From: an uncultured delta proteobacterium
GTDB taxonomy: Bacteria > Desulfobacterota > Binatia > Binatales > Binataceae
NCBI GenBank assembly: GCA_963815835.1
Contig: CAWFIF010000001.1
Span: 1,571,479-1,635,478 of the forward strand
Direction: 5' to 3'
DNA length: 64,000 nucleotides
Positions 38,477-46,900 of the stretch are shown here, piece by piece. The notes under the pieces are model-generated. The model had not been told where the DNA came from, made no database searches, and was given only the letters and a program-made list of their open reading frames with translations. Positions within the stretch are counted from its first letter, which is position 1. Each line of letters begins with the position of its first letter. The position numbers and the translations under genes are program-made.

Positions 38477-41400
38477 GTGAGCCGCGCGGTGATAGAAGAG
38501 CCTCCCGGTGAGGACGCGATGCGCTGCCCGACGTGCGGGACCGAAAACCCGGCATCCAAGAAATTCTGTGGTGATTGCGGCTCACCGCTGAGCAATCGCT
38601 GCCCGAAATGCGGCGCCGACAGTCCGCTCGACAAGCGATTCTGCGGCGATTGCGGAACCGCGCTCCCGGCCAATAGCTCTACACCCGCACCAGATGCTGC
38701 CACTGCGGAGTCTCACCGAACGGCCGAGGGCGAGCGCCGTCATCTGACAGTACTGTTCTGCGATCTGGTCAACTCAACCGGAATCTCCGCTCATCTCGAT
38801 CCCGAGGATTGGCACGACCTGGCCGCGGAGTATCAGCACAACGCCGCCGAGGCGGTGACGCGTTTCGGCGGCTATGTTGCCAAGTATCTCGGCGATGGGC
38901 TCCTGGTGTTCTTCGGCTACCCGCAGGCGCACGAGGACGATCCGGAGCGGGCGGTGCGCGCCGGACTGGCGATCGTTGATGGGATCGCGGCACTGAATGA
39001 TCGACTCGCCGACAAACCGGGCGCACTAAAGCTCTCGGTTCGCGTCGGTATTCATACTGGCGCGGTGGTCGTCGCGCAGGGTGGCGGCAAGGAAGCCGAC
39101 GTGTTCGGCGCCGCGCCCAATATCGCCTCGCGGGTCCAAGGCGTGGCGGAGCCCGATACCGTGATGATGACTTCGGCCGTGGTCGAGCTGGTGTCGGGCC
39201 GGTTCGTGGTCGAGGATCGCGGCGCTCATGAACTGAAGGGCATCGAGCAGCCGGTACGGATCTTTCGCGCCGTATCCGCCGGCCTGGCAAGAGGCCGCGG
39301 ACGGAGCTTCTCCGCCCACGAGCTCGCGCCATTCGTCGGACGCGACGACGAGATGCATCTGCTTTTGAGCCGCTGGAAACGGGTGCGTGACGGCCAGGGC
39401 CAGCTGGTGATCGTGACGGGGGAGCCTGGGATCGGTAAGTCGCGCCTGATGGAGGAGTTTCGAAGGCACATCAAAGGCGAGCCACATCTCTGGATCGAAT
39501 GCGCGTGCGCGCTGTTTTTCGCCAATTCGCCCTTCCACGCTGTTACCCAGATGCTTGACCAAGGCCTGGGTTGGCGCGGCGACGAGAGTCCGCAGGAGCG
39601 CGTGAGCGTTCTCGAACGGGTGCTGGAGCTATCCGGGATGAAAACCGGTGACGCGGTGCCTCTAATCGCGGAGATGCTGAACCTTCCGATCCCGGAGAAA
39701 TATCCGGCGCTGAGCTTCTCGGCGGAGCAAAGACGCAGGCGGCTGCTCGGCCTGTTGGCGGCATGGGTGTTCAGCGCGACGGGAAATCAGCCGCTGGTGA
39801 TCGTCATGGAGGATCTGCACTGGGTCGATCCATCGACGGTTGAGCTGATTCAGACCCTGGTCGAGCAGGGGGCCACGGCGCCGCTGATGCTGCTCTGCAC
39901 CGCGCGCCCCGAGTTCCGCTCGCCATGGCCGATGCGGGCGCATCACGCGCAGCTCACGCTCAATCGCCTCGATCAGCGCCAGACGCTGGAGTTGGTGGCC
40001 GCCGTGATCTCCCGCGCCGGGGTGACCCGGGAGCTGATCGACGCGGTGGTCAATCGCACCGACGGCGTGCCCTTGTTCGCCGAAGAACTGACGCGGCTGC
40101 TGCTGGAGGGCGACGGGCGCTCAGTGGTGAAGGATATCCCGGCCACGCTGCGGGACTCTTTGATGGCACGACTGGACCGGCTGGGGCGGGCCAAAGAAGT
40201 CGCGCAGGTTGCCGCGGTGATCGGACGAGATTTTTCCTATGCGTTGCTTCAGGCCGTCGCGCGGACGCCTGAAGCGGAATTGCAACTGACGCTGACGAAG
40301 CTGGCCGACGCCGAGTTGCTATACGTGCGCGGCATTCCGCCCGAGGCTACCTACCAGTTCAAACACGCGTTGATCCAGGACACCGCCTACGAAGCGTTGC
40401 TCAAGAGCAAGCGCAAGGAATTGCATCTCCGCGTCGCCAGGGCGATCAGCGAAAAATTCCCTCCGCTAGCGGAAGCGCAGCCAGAGATTCTCGCGCGGCA
40501 CTGGTCAGAAGCCGGTGAGACGGAGCCGGCGATCGCCGCATGGACCAAGGCGGCCCGCGCGGCCGAGGCGCGGCATGCGCTCAAGGAGGCCGAAGAGGAT
40601 TGCCGTCAGGCGCTCGCGATACTTAAAAATCTGCCGGAATCGCGGGAGCGCGACACCAGCGAGTTCACGCTCCTGACCCTGTTGACCTCAGTGCTGCACC
40701 GGAGCAGGGGATATTCCACCGGCGACTTGGGCGAGGTGCTCGAGCGCGCTCGTGTTATTGCGGAGAGGACCGGCAACCTGATCCTGCTCGTTCTACAGGG
40801 AATGGCGGCGTGGGTCGCCGTCCTGGTCTCAGGCGACTACTCCCGCGCCCAGGCGCTGGCTGATCAGCTACTCGACCTGGCCCAGCGCGAGGGCAGCGAC
40901 ACGAGTCTCGGCTTCGCTCACGCGGCTCAAGTGTCGTCACGCTTCTATCGCGGGGATCTCATCGGACTCGAGGAGCACTTTGCTCGCCTGCGCACCTTCT
41001 CCGAAGCTCCTGGTTTAAGAGACTATCCCGGTGCAGTTATGGGCCCAACGGGCTACGCGACTGAGGGCCTGTGGATCCTGGGTCATCCCGAAAAAGCCCG
41101 CAGCCGGATCGCCGACGCGATAGGTCGGGCCCGCAACGAGAAGAAAGCCTTCGACATTGCGGTCGGCCGAGATCTCGAGGCCTACCTTTGCCGCTGGCTC
41201 AAGGAACCTCAGCTGTGCGCAGATGCGGCCAGCGAAACCGTCGCGATTTCCGAAGAGCATGGCTTTTCGGACTACCGTGTTTACGCCTCCAAGATTCTGG
41301 GCTGGGCGCGAGCGCAGCTTGGCAAACCGGATGAAGGAGCGGCGCTCATCCGGGAAAATATGGCAGTCCAGGTCGAGGCCGGGGTACGCAACGATCTCAC

Positions 41401-41791
41401 CAATTCTCTCACCTTGTTAGCCGAGGCTCAGGCGTTGGACGGCAAGATCGATGAGGCCCTGCTCACGCTCGACGAGGCGCTGGTGGCGAACCCGGAAGAA
41501 CTTGTCTTTCGGCCAAACATCCTGACGTGGCGCGGACAACTGCGCCTCAGAACTGACAAGTTCGAATTGGCCGAAGCCGACTTCCGTGACGCGATCGCAT
41601 TAGCAGGGCAGATGAGTGCAAAGTCGCTCGAGCTGCGCGCGACGATGAGCCTCGCGCGGCACCTGCGCGACACCGGTCGTCGCGACGAGGCAGGCGCGAT
41701 GCTGGCCGAGATCTACAATTGGTTCACCGAGGGCTTCGACACCGCCGACCTGAAGGACGCTAAGGCGCTGCTCGACGAATTAAGCCAGTAA
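38477..41791 (+). CDS. Multidomain signalling protein: double zinc-ribbon + class III adenylyl/guanylyl cyclase + STAND-type P-loop NTPase + TPR repeats
   Basis: CPTCGTENP..CGDCG..CPKCGAD..CGDCG zinc ribbons. Cyclase core ..RRHLTVLFCDLVNST..YLGDGLLVFFGYPQAHEDDPERAV..VGIHTGAVVV... Walker A ..VIVTGEPGIGKSRL... Long helical/TPR C-terminus. Alternative start at MRCPTCG (38519). Confidence 0.8.
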   Translation: MSRAVIEEPPGEDAMRCPTCGTENPASKKFCGDCGSPLSNRCPKCGADSPLDKRFCGDCGTALPANSSTPAPDAATAESHRTAEGERRHLTVLFCDLVNSTGISAHLDPEDWHDLAAEYQHNAAEAVTRFGGYVAKYLGDGLLVFFGYPQAHEDDPERAVRAGLAIVDGIAALNDRLADKPGALKLSVRVGIHTGAVVVAQGGGKEADVFGAAPNIASRVQGVAEPDTVMMTSAVVELVSGRFVVEDRGAHELKGIEQPVRIFRAVSAGLARGRGRSFSAHELAPFVGRDDEMHLLLSRWKRVRDGQGQLVIVTGEPGIGKSRLMEEFRRHIKGEPHLWIECACALFFANSPFHAVTQMLDQGLGWRGDESPQERVSVLERVLELSGMKTGDAVPLIAEMLNLPIPEKYPALSFSAEQRRRRLLGLLAAWVFSATGNQPLVIVMEDLHWVDPSTVELIQTLVEQGATAPLMLLCTARPEFRSPWPMRAHHAQLTLNRLDQRQTLELVAAVISRAGVTRELIDAVVNRTDGVPLFAEELTRLLLEGDGRSVVKDIPATLRDSLMARLDRLGRAKEVAQVAAVIGRDFSYALLQAVARTPEAELQLTLTKLADAELLYVRGIPPEATYQFKHALIQDTAYEALLKSKRKELHLRVARAISEKFPPLAEAQPEILARHWSEAGETEPAIAAWTKAARAAEARHALKEAEEDCRQALAILKNLPESRERDTSEFTLLTLLTSVLHRSRGYSTGDLGEVLERARVIAERTGNLILLVLQGMAAWVAVLVSGDYSRAQALADQLLDLAQREGSDTSLGFAHAAQVSSRFYRGDLIGLEEHFARLRTFSEAPGLRDYPGAVMGPTGYATEGLWILGHPEKARSRIADAIGRARNEKKAFDIAVGRDLEAYLCRWLKEPQLCADAASETVAISEEHGFSDYRVYASKILGWARAQLGKPDEGAALIRENMAVQVEAGVRNDLTNSLTLLAEAQALDGKIDEALLTLDEALVANPEELVFRPNILTWRGQLRLRTDKFELAEADFRDAIALAGQMSAKSLELRATMSLARHLRDTGRRDEAGAMLAEIYNWFTEGFDTADLKDAKALLDELSQ

Positions 41792-41843
41792 GTGCGCCAC
41801 GAAAAATCACGGTAGCAATCCATCGTAGCGCGACCTGCTCGGC

Positions 41844-42455
41844 TCATGAATGGGTGAGGTAGGTCAGGCGCGCTTCGAGTAACTCATGCAGAACCTGGTC
41901 CAGTTGCGGGACTTGAAGCAAGCCAGTCAAATCAACCGGGTCTATTCTGATTACCTCGGAGTCGCTCAGCGCTCTGACTGTATAGTGCTGGCGTCCGTGG
42001 GCCAGCAACGCATGGACGCCGAAGTGATCTCCCGGTCCAAATTTTCGAATCTCGCCCGTTTCCGGGCCCGCCGCGGTTCCTTCAAGTTGGCCGGACCGCA
42101 CCAGGTAAATGAAGTCGCTGGGTTCGCCTGCCGAATAGACCGCGTCGCCAGTGCGATAGTGTTGGAGCAACAAGGTCTTGCCTCCGAATGCCGCCGCGAT
42201 CAGGAACATTGCGATTCCAATCACTAGAAGTGGCTGCAGGAACAAGAATGTCAGCAGTAGCACTGGGATCAATGTCAGCCATGCAACGACTCCGATCAGG
42301 GCCGGGATGGCGACTGTGACGCGCGCGACCCTGGTCAGAGTTACAGGCCAATTACCGCGAGCGATTCGGCGCGAACCCAGACTTGGGGGGATAGCGTGAG
42401 AACTTTCGGTAGTCACCCGTTGGATGCTCCTATCATATGACCCGATGGATGACAC
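41844..42455 (-). CDS. Small membrane protein with two N-terminal TM helices and a C-terminal cyclic-nucleotide-binding (CAP_ED) domain
   Basis: TM segments ..VAIPALIGVVAWLTLIPVLLLTFLFL.. and ..LLVIGIAMFLIAAAF... cNMP domain ..GDAVYSAGEPSDFIYLVRSGQLEGTAAGPETGEIRKFGPGDHFGVHALL... The start is uncertain; the ORF overlaps the upstream NapC-like stop by 43 nt. Confidence 0.6.
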   Translation of the reverse strand: MSSIGSYDRSIQRVTTESSHAIPPSLGSRRIARGNWPVTLTRVARVTVAIPALIGVVAWLTLIPVLLLTFLFLQPLLVIGIAMFLIAAAFGGKTLLLQHYRTGDAVYSAGEPSDFIYLVRSGQLEGTAAGPETGEIRKFGPGDHFGVHALLAHGRQHYTVRALSDSEVIRIDPVDLTGLLQVPQLDQVLHELLEARLTYLTHS

Positions 42456-43132
42456 ATCGTGCAGGAAATGGTTCCTTTCAGGATCAACGCCGAGACCTTT
42501 CCCTGCGTATCAAGATGCAGGCGCTGAGAGAGAAAGAACGAAGAGTCGATGTGACACTTCAAACAAAGTTCGTTGGGGAACGGCCCTCGCAAATGGATTG
42601 GCGTCGTATACCAGCCGGTCACGTACCGGTAGGCATCATTCAGGCCTTGCAACTTCGCACGCATCGTACCATGCACTCCGTAAGTGGCATGGCACGAGTA
42701 ACAGGCGGTCCCGGGTTGAGTGGGAGCGAAGTTAAGCTTGAAATGAAGCGCCGATAGCGATTGGCTCTTCGGGTCCGTCACATCATGAACATAGGGCTGC
42801 ATCGCGACATGACACGAGCCACAGAAGTTTTCCTGCTTGGCGTATTCGAAGATGGTGAAATTGGCGAACGGCAGTAGCATCGCCGGCAGGAACACCAATC
42901 CGAGGGTGTTGATGAAAAGGGCCCGGCCGTGAGTCACGCGCTGAGGAAAAAAAATCGAACCCAGCACTACAAACACCAGAATCGCGGTGCTGAGGGTCAA
43001 AGACAGTACGATTCCCCAATCCACCCAGGTGCCCCATCCCTCACCCAGGATGTGGCCGGAATGGATGAAAGCGAGGAGACCCGGATGAGTCGTTGCCCAT
43101 CGCTCGATCGGAGTTATGGTGTCAGTCGGCAT
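42413..43132 (-). CDS. Membrane-anchored tetraheme cytochrome c, NapC/NirT/NrfH-like
   Basis: N-terminal TM helices, then four CxxCH sites (CGSCH, CYSCH, CLKCH, CTMCH). Confidence 0.7.
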   Translation of the reverse strand: MPTDTITPIERWATTHPGLLAFIHSGHILGEGWGTWVDWGIVLSLTLSTAILVFVVLGSIFFPQRVTHGRALFINTLGLVFLPAMLLPFANFTIFEYAKQENFCGSCHVAMQPYVHDVTDPKSQSLSALHFKLNFAPTQPGTACYSCHATYGVHGTMRAKLQGLNDAYRYVTGWYTTPIHLRGPFPNELCLKCHIDSSFFLSQRLHLDTQGKVSALILKGTISCTMCHPSGHMIGASNG

Positions 43133-43158
43133 TGCGCGAATAGTCTTGCTAGGGCCGC

Positions 43159-43533
43159 TTACTTTCCGAGCGACCGAATGTAGGCAACCAGATCGGCGAT
43201 ATCGGCGTCACTCAGCTGACCCTTAAACGCCGGCATCAATGGCGAAGCCTTAAGCGCCGTGCCTCCGTTGTTGATGACGTCGGTCAGCTTTTGATCAGTG
43301 AATTGTGCCATCTTGGCCTTATCGGTCCATGGCACCGGTGGAACCTGCACACCAAGGGTTGCCAACAGCACGCCGTCGCCGGCACCGGTTGCGCCGTGGC
43401 AGCCGGCGCATTTCGCGGCGGCGATTCGTGCCCCGTTGCTCGCATCCGCGGCGAAGGCTGCCGATACGGGTGCAAACGCGGCGATCATGAGAGCGGCAAT
43501 CACGCGATTCATGTATTCCCTCCATTGCTCCAT
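43159..43533 (-). CDS. Monoheme class-I c-type cytochrome
   Basis: Signal peptide, then ..AAKCAGCHGATGAGDG.., with a C-terminal ..DIADLVAYIRSL.. typical of small soluble cytochromes c. Confidence 0.8.
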   Translation of the reverse strand: MEQWREYMNRVIAALMIAAFAPVSAAFAADASNGARIAAAKCAGCHGATGAGDGVLLATLGVQVPPVPWTDKAKMAQFTDQKLTDVINNGGTALKASPLMPAFKGQLSDADIADLVAYIRSLGK

Positions 43534-43542
43534 CGATCGAAT

Positions 43543-44937
43543 TCAGAATTCATATATCAATTCGAGATTGGTCCCGTAGTCAAATCGATCGCCCGCCAGC
43601 GAAGTGTTTTGATTGCGCACGCCGAGAATTGTCAGCCTCACCTCGCTACCATATAAGAGGCCCCGGCGCTTGAGATCGTTCAGCGTATCCCCCGGCATCA
43701 CGAATTTGCTGACATCGGTCTGGATCTGCAAGGCCAAACCGACCTGATCGTTGTCGGTTGACTCGTTATCGATCAGCCATCCGAACTCCGGGGCAAAGGT
43801 AATGTGGCCGGTGGGATTGATGATATCTCCAACCACGCCGCCGACGGTACCAGAGGCGCGCGGGTTCAGCTGAGGAGTTGCGACCAAACGATCGAAAGTG
43901 AACAGGATGCCCTCGCGGTTGAGCGCCGAACCCTGCACCGACGGTGCGATCCAGTTGCGTGTCGCGCCAAAGATATTGCTGTAGAGCTGCGTGCCGAGGA
44001 CGCCACGTTGAGCCTCGAGCACGAACAATTCTCCGTCACTCGCGGTAGAGTTGGCCGTGCTGCCCATTGCGCGGAATGACACGCTGCCGTTGTAGCTGAA
44101 GCTGCGCGTTACGGATACCGCCCAAAAGTTGCGGTTCAGGTTCATCTGCGCGCCGGGAACCCTGCCGTTCGCATAGCTAAGCGCCCAGCTACCTTCGATG
44201 AAGTAGTCGCTCCAATTGAAATTGAAGTTGACCCCCATCACTTTCTTTTCAGATTCGCGCCTGCTTGGTGTGGTGAGGGTCAGTCCGGGCTGCGTCTCAC
44301 CCAAAGTCAGAAAGTACAGGACATTGAAATTGGAGAGATTGCCGAGCTGGATGTTGTTCTTGGCGATCGAAAATCCGTCAAAGAAGTTGTTGAACCATAG
44401 TCCGTTGTGCAGGAAGAGCGGAATGCGTCCCACCGACAGCGTCATGTCGAGTGGCAACCTGTCATTGGGGCTCAGCCAGTTAAACGGCGTCCCCTCGAAG
44501 AACAATGCTTGTGGCGTTGCGCCGAAGCTGCCGGTCCATCCGTGATCGTTGCCAAATTTGTAGAAGGTTGGTTCCCGGTCTCCGTACTCCAGCGGCCGGA
44601 ATAGCGCGAAAACGCGCTGGGTGGCGGTTAGCTGTAAATTGGTTTGGAGGTTGACCTCGGGAACGATAAGGTCATTGTGCTGATTCTGCAGTTGATCGTC
44701 GAGTATCTGCACCCTTGCGAGGCCGTTAACATCGAGCCGTGGAGAAAGCTCCTCGCCAAACAGAGAAAACCCAGGATCCCAGATCTTGCCCGGCGACAGG
44801 AAGTCGCTGCCAAATATGGTGACCGCCCATCCCGATTTCGGCCACATCATGCTCAACGAGAGCAACACAACCAGCCACACGCACGAATATTTTCGGGTGG
44901 CTGCCATGTTAAATCGAGGTGACATTGCTGGGCGCAT
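43543..44937 (-). CDS. Outer-membrane beta-barrel protein (porin-like), within the cytochrome operon
   Basis: Signal peptide ..YSCVWLVVLLSLSMMWPKSGWA. Alternating amphipathic beta-strand pattern and Asn/Gly/Tyr/Phe-rich. Ends ..LELIYEF. Confidence 0.6.
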   Translation of the reverse strand: MRPAMSPRFNMAATRKYSCVWLVVLLSLSMMWPKSGWAVTIFGSDFLSPGKIWDPGFSLFGEELSPRLDVNGLARVQILDDQLQNQHNDLIVPEVNLQTNLQLTATQRVFALFRPLEYGDREPTFYKFGNDHGWTGSFGATPQALFFEGTPFNWLSPNDRLPLDMTLSVGRIPLFLHNGLWFNNFFDGFSIAKNNIQLGNLSNFNVLYFLTLGETQPGLTLTTPSRRESEKKVMGVNFNFNWSDYFIEGSWALSYANGRVPGAQMNLNRNFWAVSVTRSFSYNGSVSFRAMGSTANSTASDGELFVLEAQRGVLGTQLYSNIFGATRNWIAPSVQGSALNREGILFTFDRLVATPQLNPRASGTVGGVVGDIINPTGHITFAPEFGWLIDNESTDNDQVGLALQIQTDVSKFVMPGDTLNDLKRRGLLYGSEVRLTILGVRNQNTSLAGDRFDYGTNLELIYEF

Positions 44938-44946
44938 GATGCCGAT

Positions 44947-46593
44947 CTACTTTGCCAGCGAGACGCTTCCTTCATAGGTCTTCATATCGACGATCCTCAG
45001 TTTGGGTATGACATCAGCAACCCCGAGGTCGCGCAGGAAGTGCGCCGGGAAATTCCGGTAGCGCAACCGCACGCTCAACCTCAGCGGACCGGTCGCATCG
45101 ACGGGTACGCTTACACGGTACGTGGCGGTTTTGCTCTTGAGCGGCGGAATACCTTCCTTGAACACTCGTCCCGCGAATGGGAAGCCTTGCAGGAAAGTTG
45201 GGTTCGGCGGGGGAGCGAGAAACGGCGCGGGACCGAGAAGCCGATTCGTGGTGCTGATAGCTTCCGATTGGGTGCCGAGGAAGTTGGTGATTACAAAGGT
45301 AGCTTCGAGGTTAAGAAGATCGCTGTCATATGGCAGGGTCCCATCTTGAACCGCCATGCTCTCGTAGTCGCGCAAGTCCTGGTACTGATCATAGTCGCCC
45401 GACTCATAGATCTTTTCCCCACGCCCATCCAGCACTTTTATGTCAAGCCAGACCTGGCGCTCGGAGGCAAAGCCCGTCGGCAGATTGTGACCTGCGCCCG
45501 AGTTGGTAACAGTCACGTCGAAGCGCATCGTGGAACCGGGACGGACGCTGTCGGGGTGGCTTACATCGATCGTCGCAGCGTTGCGCAGGAGGGTTTCGCG
45601 CTCAGAATCGAGATGCGTCTGGAGTTCCGCAAATCCCTTATCGCCGAGGAAGAGCTCATTCTTGCCGAAGTCCTTTATCACCGAATAATCAGGGCCGGTG
45701 AACTTATGACTCGATTTATGGCGGCGTGGCGCTGTGGGAAAAATACCGTTGTTTACGATGTAGCCCTCGGGCAGCTCCGAGTGAGGAGTCGGCTTACCGG
45801 CTTCCGGACCCATATGGCAGTCTTCGCAGACGATACCACGCCGCGCGTACGGGCCATTCTTCCACTCACTGTATGCCTCTTCCAGACGGAAGCCGTCCGG
45901 AGTGAAGACGTCATGGCATGCGCCGCATAGGTGTCCCGAGGTAAACAGCGGAGAGTAACGCGACTTGTGCGGCGTCTTGATGAGACGAAGGGACGGATCG
46001 GATGGAGCGCCCGGTTCGTCGGAGCCATAGTATGGCCCATACACCGTCGGTTCCGGATCGCCCGGAACCGGAAGCGGAATCTGACCAGTGGCTTCGACGA
46101 AGTTAGCGCTCTGCGAATGGCACGTCATGCAAGTGACGCTCTCCATCGCGATCGAGGAGCGTTTGCTGTTCGATTCGATGGCGCTCTCGCCCGAGGAAAT
46201 TCCGATCCCGCTATGACAGCGCACGCAAAAGGTGCCGAGACTCCCCCCTGTACCATTCAACACGAAAGAATTGAATGCGATGAACACCGGACTGTGTTGC
46301 GCATACGCATGCATCGAGGTCGCCCACTCGTTGTACTGAGTAGGATGGCAGGTCTGACAGGTCGTCGCGGGAAGGAAGACGGTTTGCTTGGGACTCTTCG
46401 GAGGCGGAACTGTTGCAAGCCGAGTCAGTCCAGGACTTGTGCCGCAAGCATAAAACACCCCGACCACGGCAAGTGCCGCGAGAGTGGCCGCGATCGCCCG
46501 ATAGTTTACCCCTTTCCGTCGCGGGGACGCATGTGGGCGCCGACCCGCACCACGGGGAACCTCATCAGCGAACGGTTTGCTCCGGTTACTCAT
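44947..46593 (-). CDS. Pentaheme c-type cytochrome (N-terminal membrane anchor/signal)
   Basis: Five CxxCH sites (CQTCH, CVRCH, CMTCH, CGACH, CEDCH) in 548 aa, with an N-terminal hydrophobic segment AIAATLAALAVVGVFYAC. Confidence 0.8.
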   Translation of the reverse strand: MSNRSKPFADEVPRGAGRRPHASPRRKGVNYRAIAATLAALAVVGVFYACGTSPGLTRLATVPPPKSPKQTVFLPATTCQTCHPTQYNEWATSMHAYAQHSPVFIAFNSFVLNGTGGSLGTFCVRCHSGIGISSGESAIESNSKRSSIAMESVTCMTCHSQSANFVEATGQIPLPVPGDPEPTVYGPYYGSDEPGAPSDPSLRLIKTPHKSRYSPLFTSGHLCGACHDVFTPDGFRLEEAYSEWKNGPYARRGIVCEDCHMGPEAGKPTPHSELPEGYIVNNGIFPTAPRRHKSSHKFTGPDYSVIKDFGKNELFLGDKGFAELQTHLDSERETLLRNAATIDVSHPDSVRPGSTMRFDVTVTNSGAGHNLPTGFASERQVWLDIKVLDGRGEKIYESGDYDQYQDLRDYESMAVQDGTLPYDSDLLNLEATFVITNFLGTQSEAISTTNRLLGPAPFLAPPPNPTFLQGFPFAGRVFKEGIPPLKSKTATYRVSVPVDATGPLRLSVRLRYRNFPAHFLRDLGVADVIPKLRIVDMKTYEGSVSLAK

Positions 46594-46900
46594 CGCAATT
46601 CAGCGGAATGATCGGAGACGAAACCCCACCCACCGCCGCGTCGGTCTTCATACCCTATCTCGGCATCGTAAGTCCAAGACCGAGGGCCAGAATTTGCACA
46701 AAGAAAGTTTTTATGAATTCTCGGTTAACAAACGGATCTTCCGTATCGCGGGTTACCAAGCCGGGGCCAGAGTTGGAGCGGATGTTGTCCGAACTCCAAC
46801 TCGGCGAGTTCATCTACGATCGGACGGAAGCGAGTGCTCAAAGGCCACTCCCGCGCGATTCGATGGGAAAAATCACGGTGGTAACTTCTGCGCCACCGCC

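Noticed and set aside
38477-42455. Calling the cyclase/cNMP-binding pair a canonical Pycsar antiphage system
   Set aside because: The cyclase is a 1104-aa STAND/TPR signalling protein rather than a compact PycC. The two genes are convergent, not operonic. The cNMP protein is the last gene of a cytochrome operon. The resemblance is limited to the 2TM plus cNMP-domain effector architecture.
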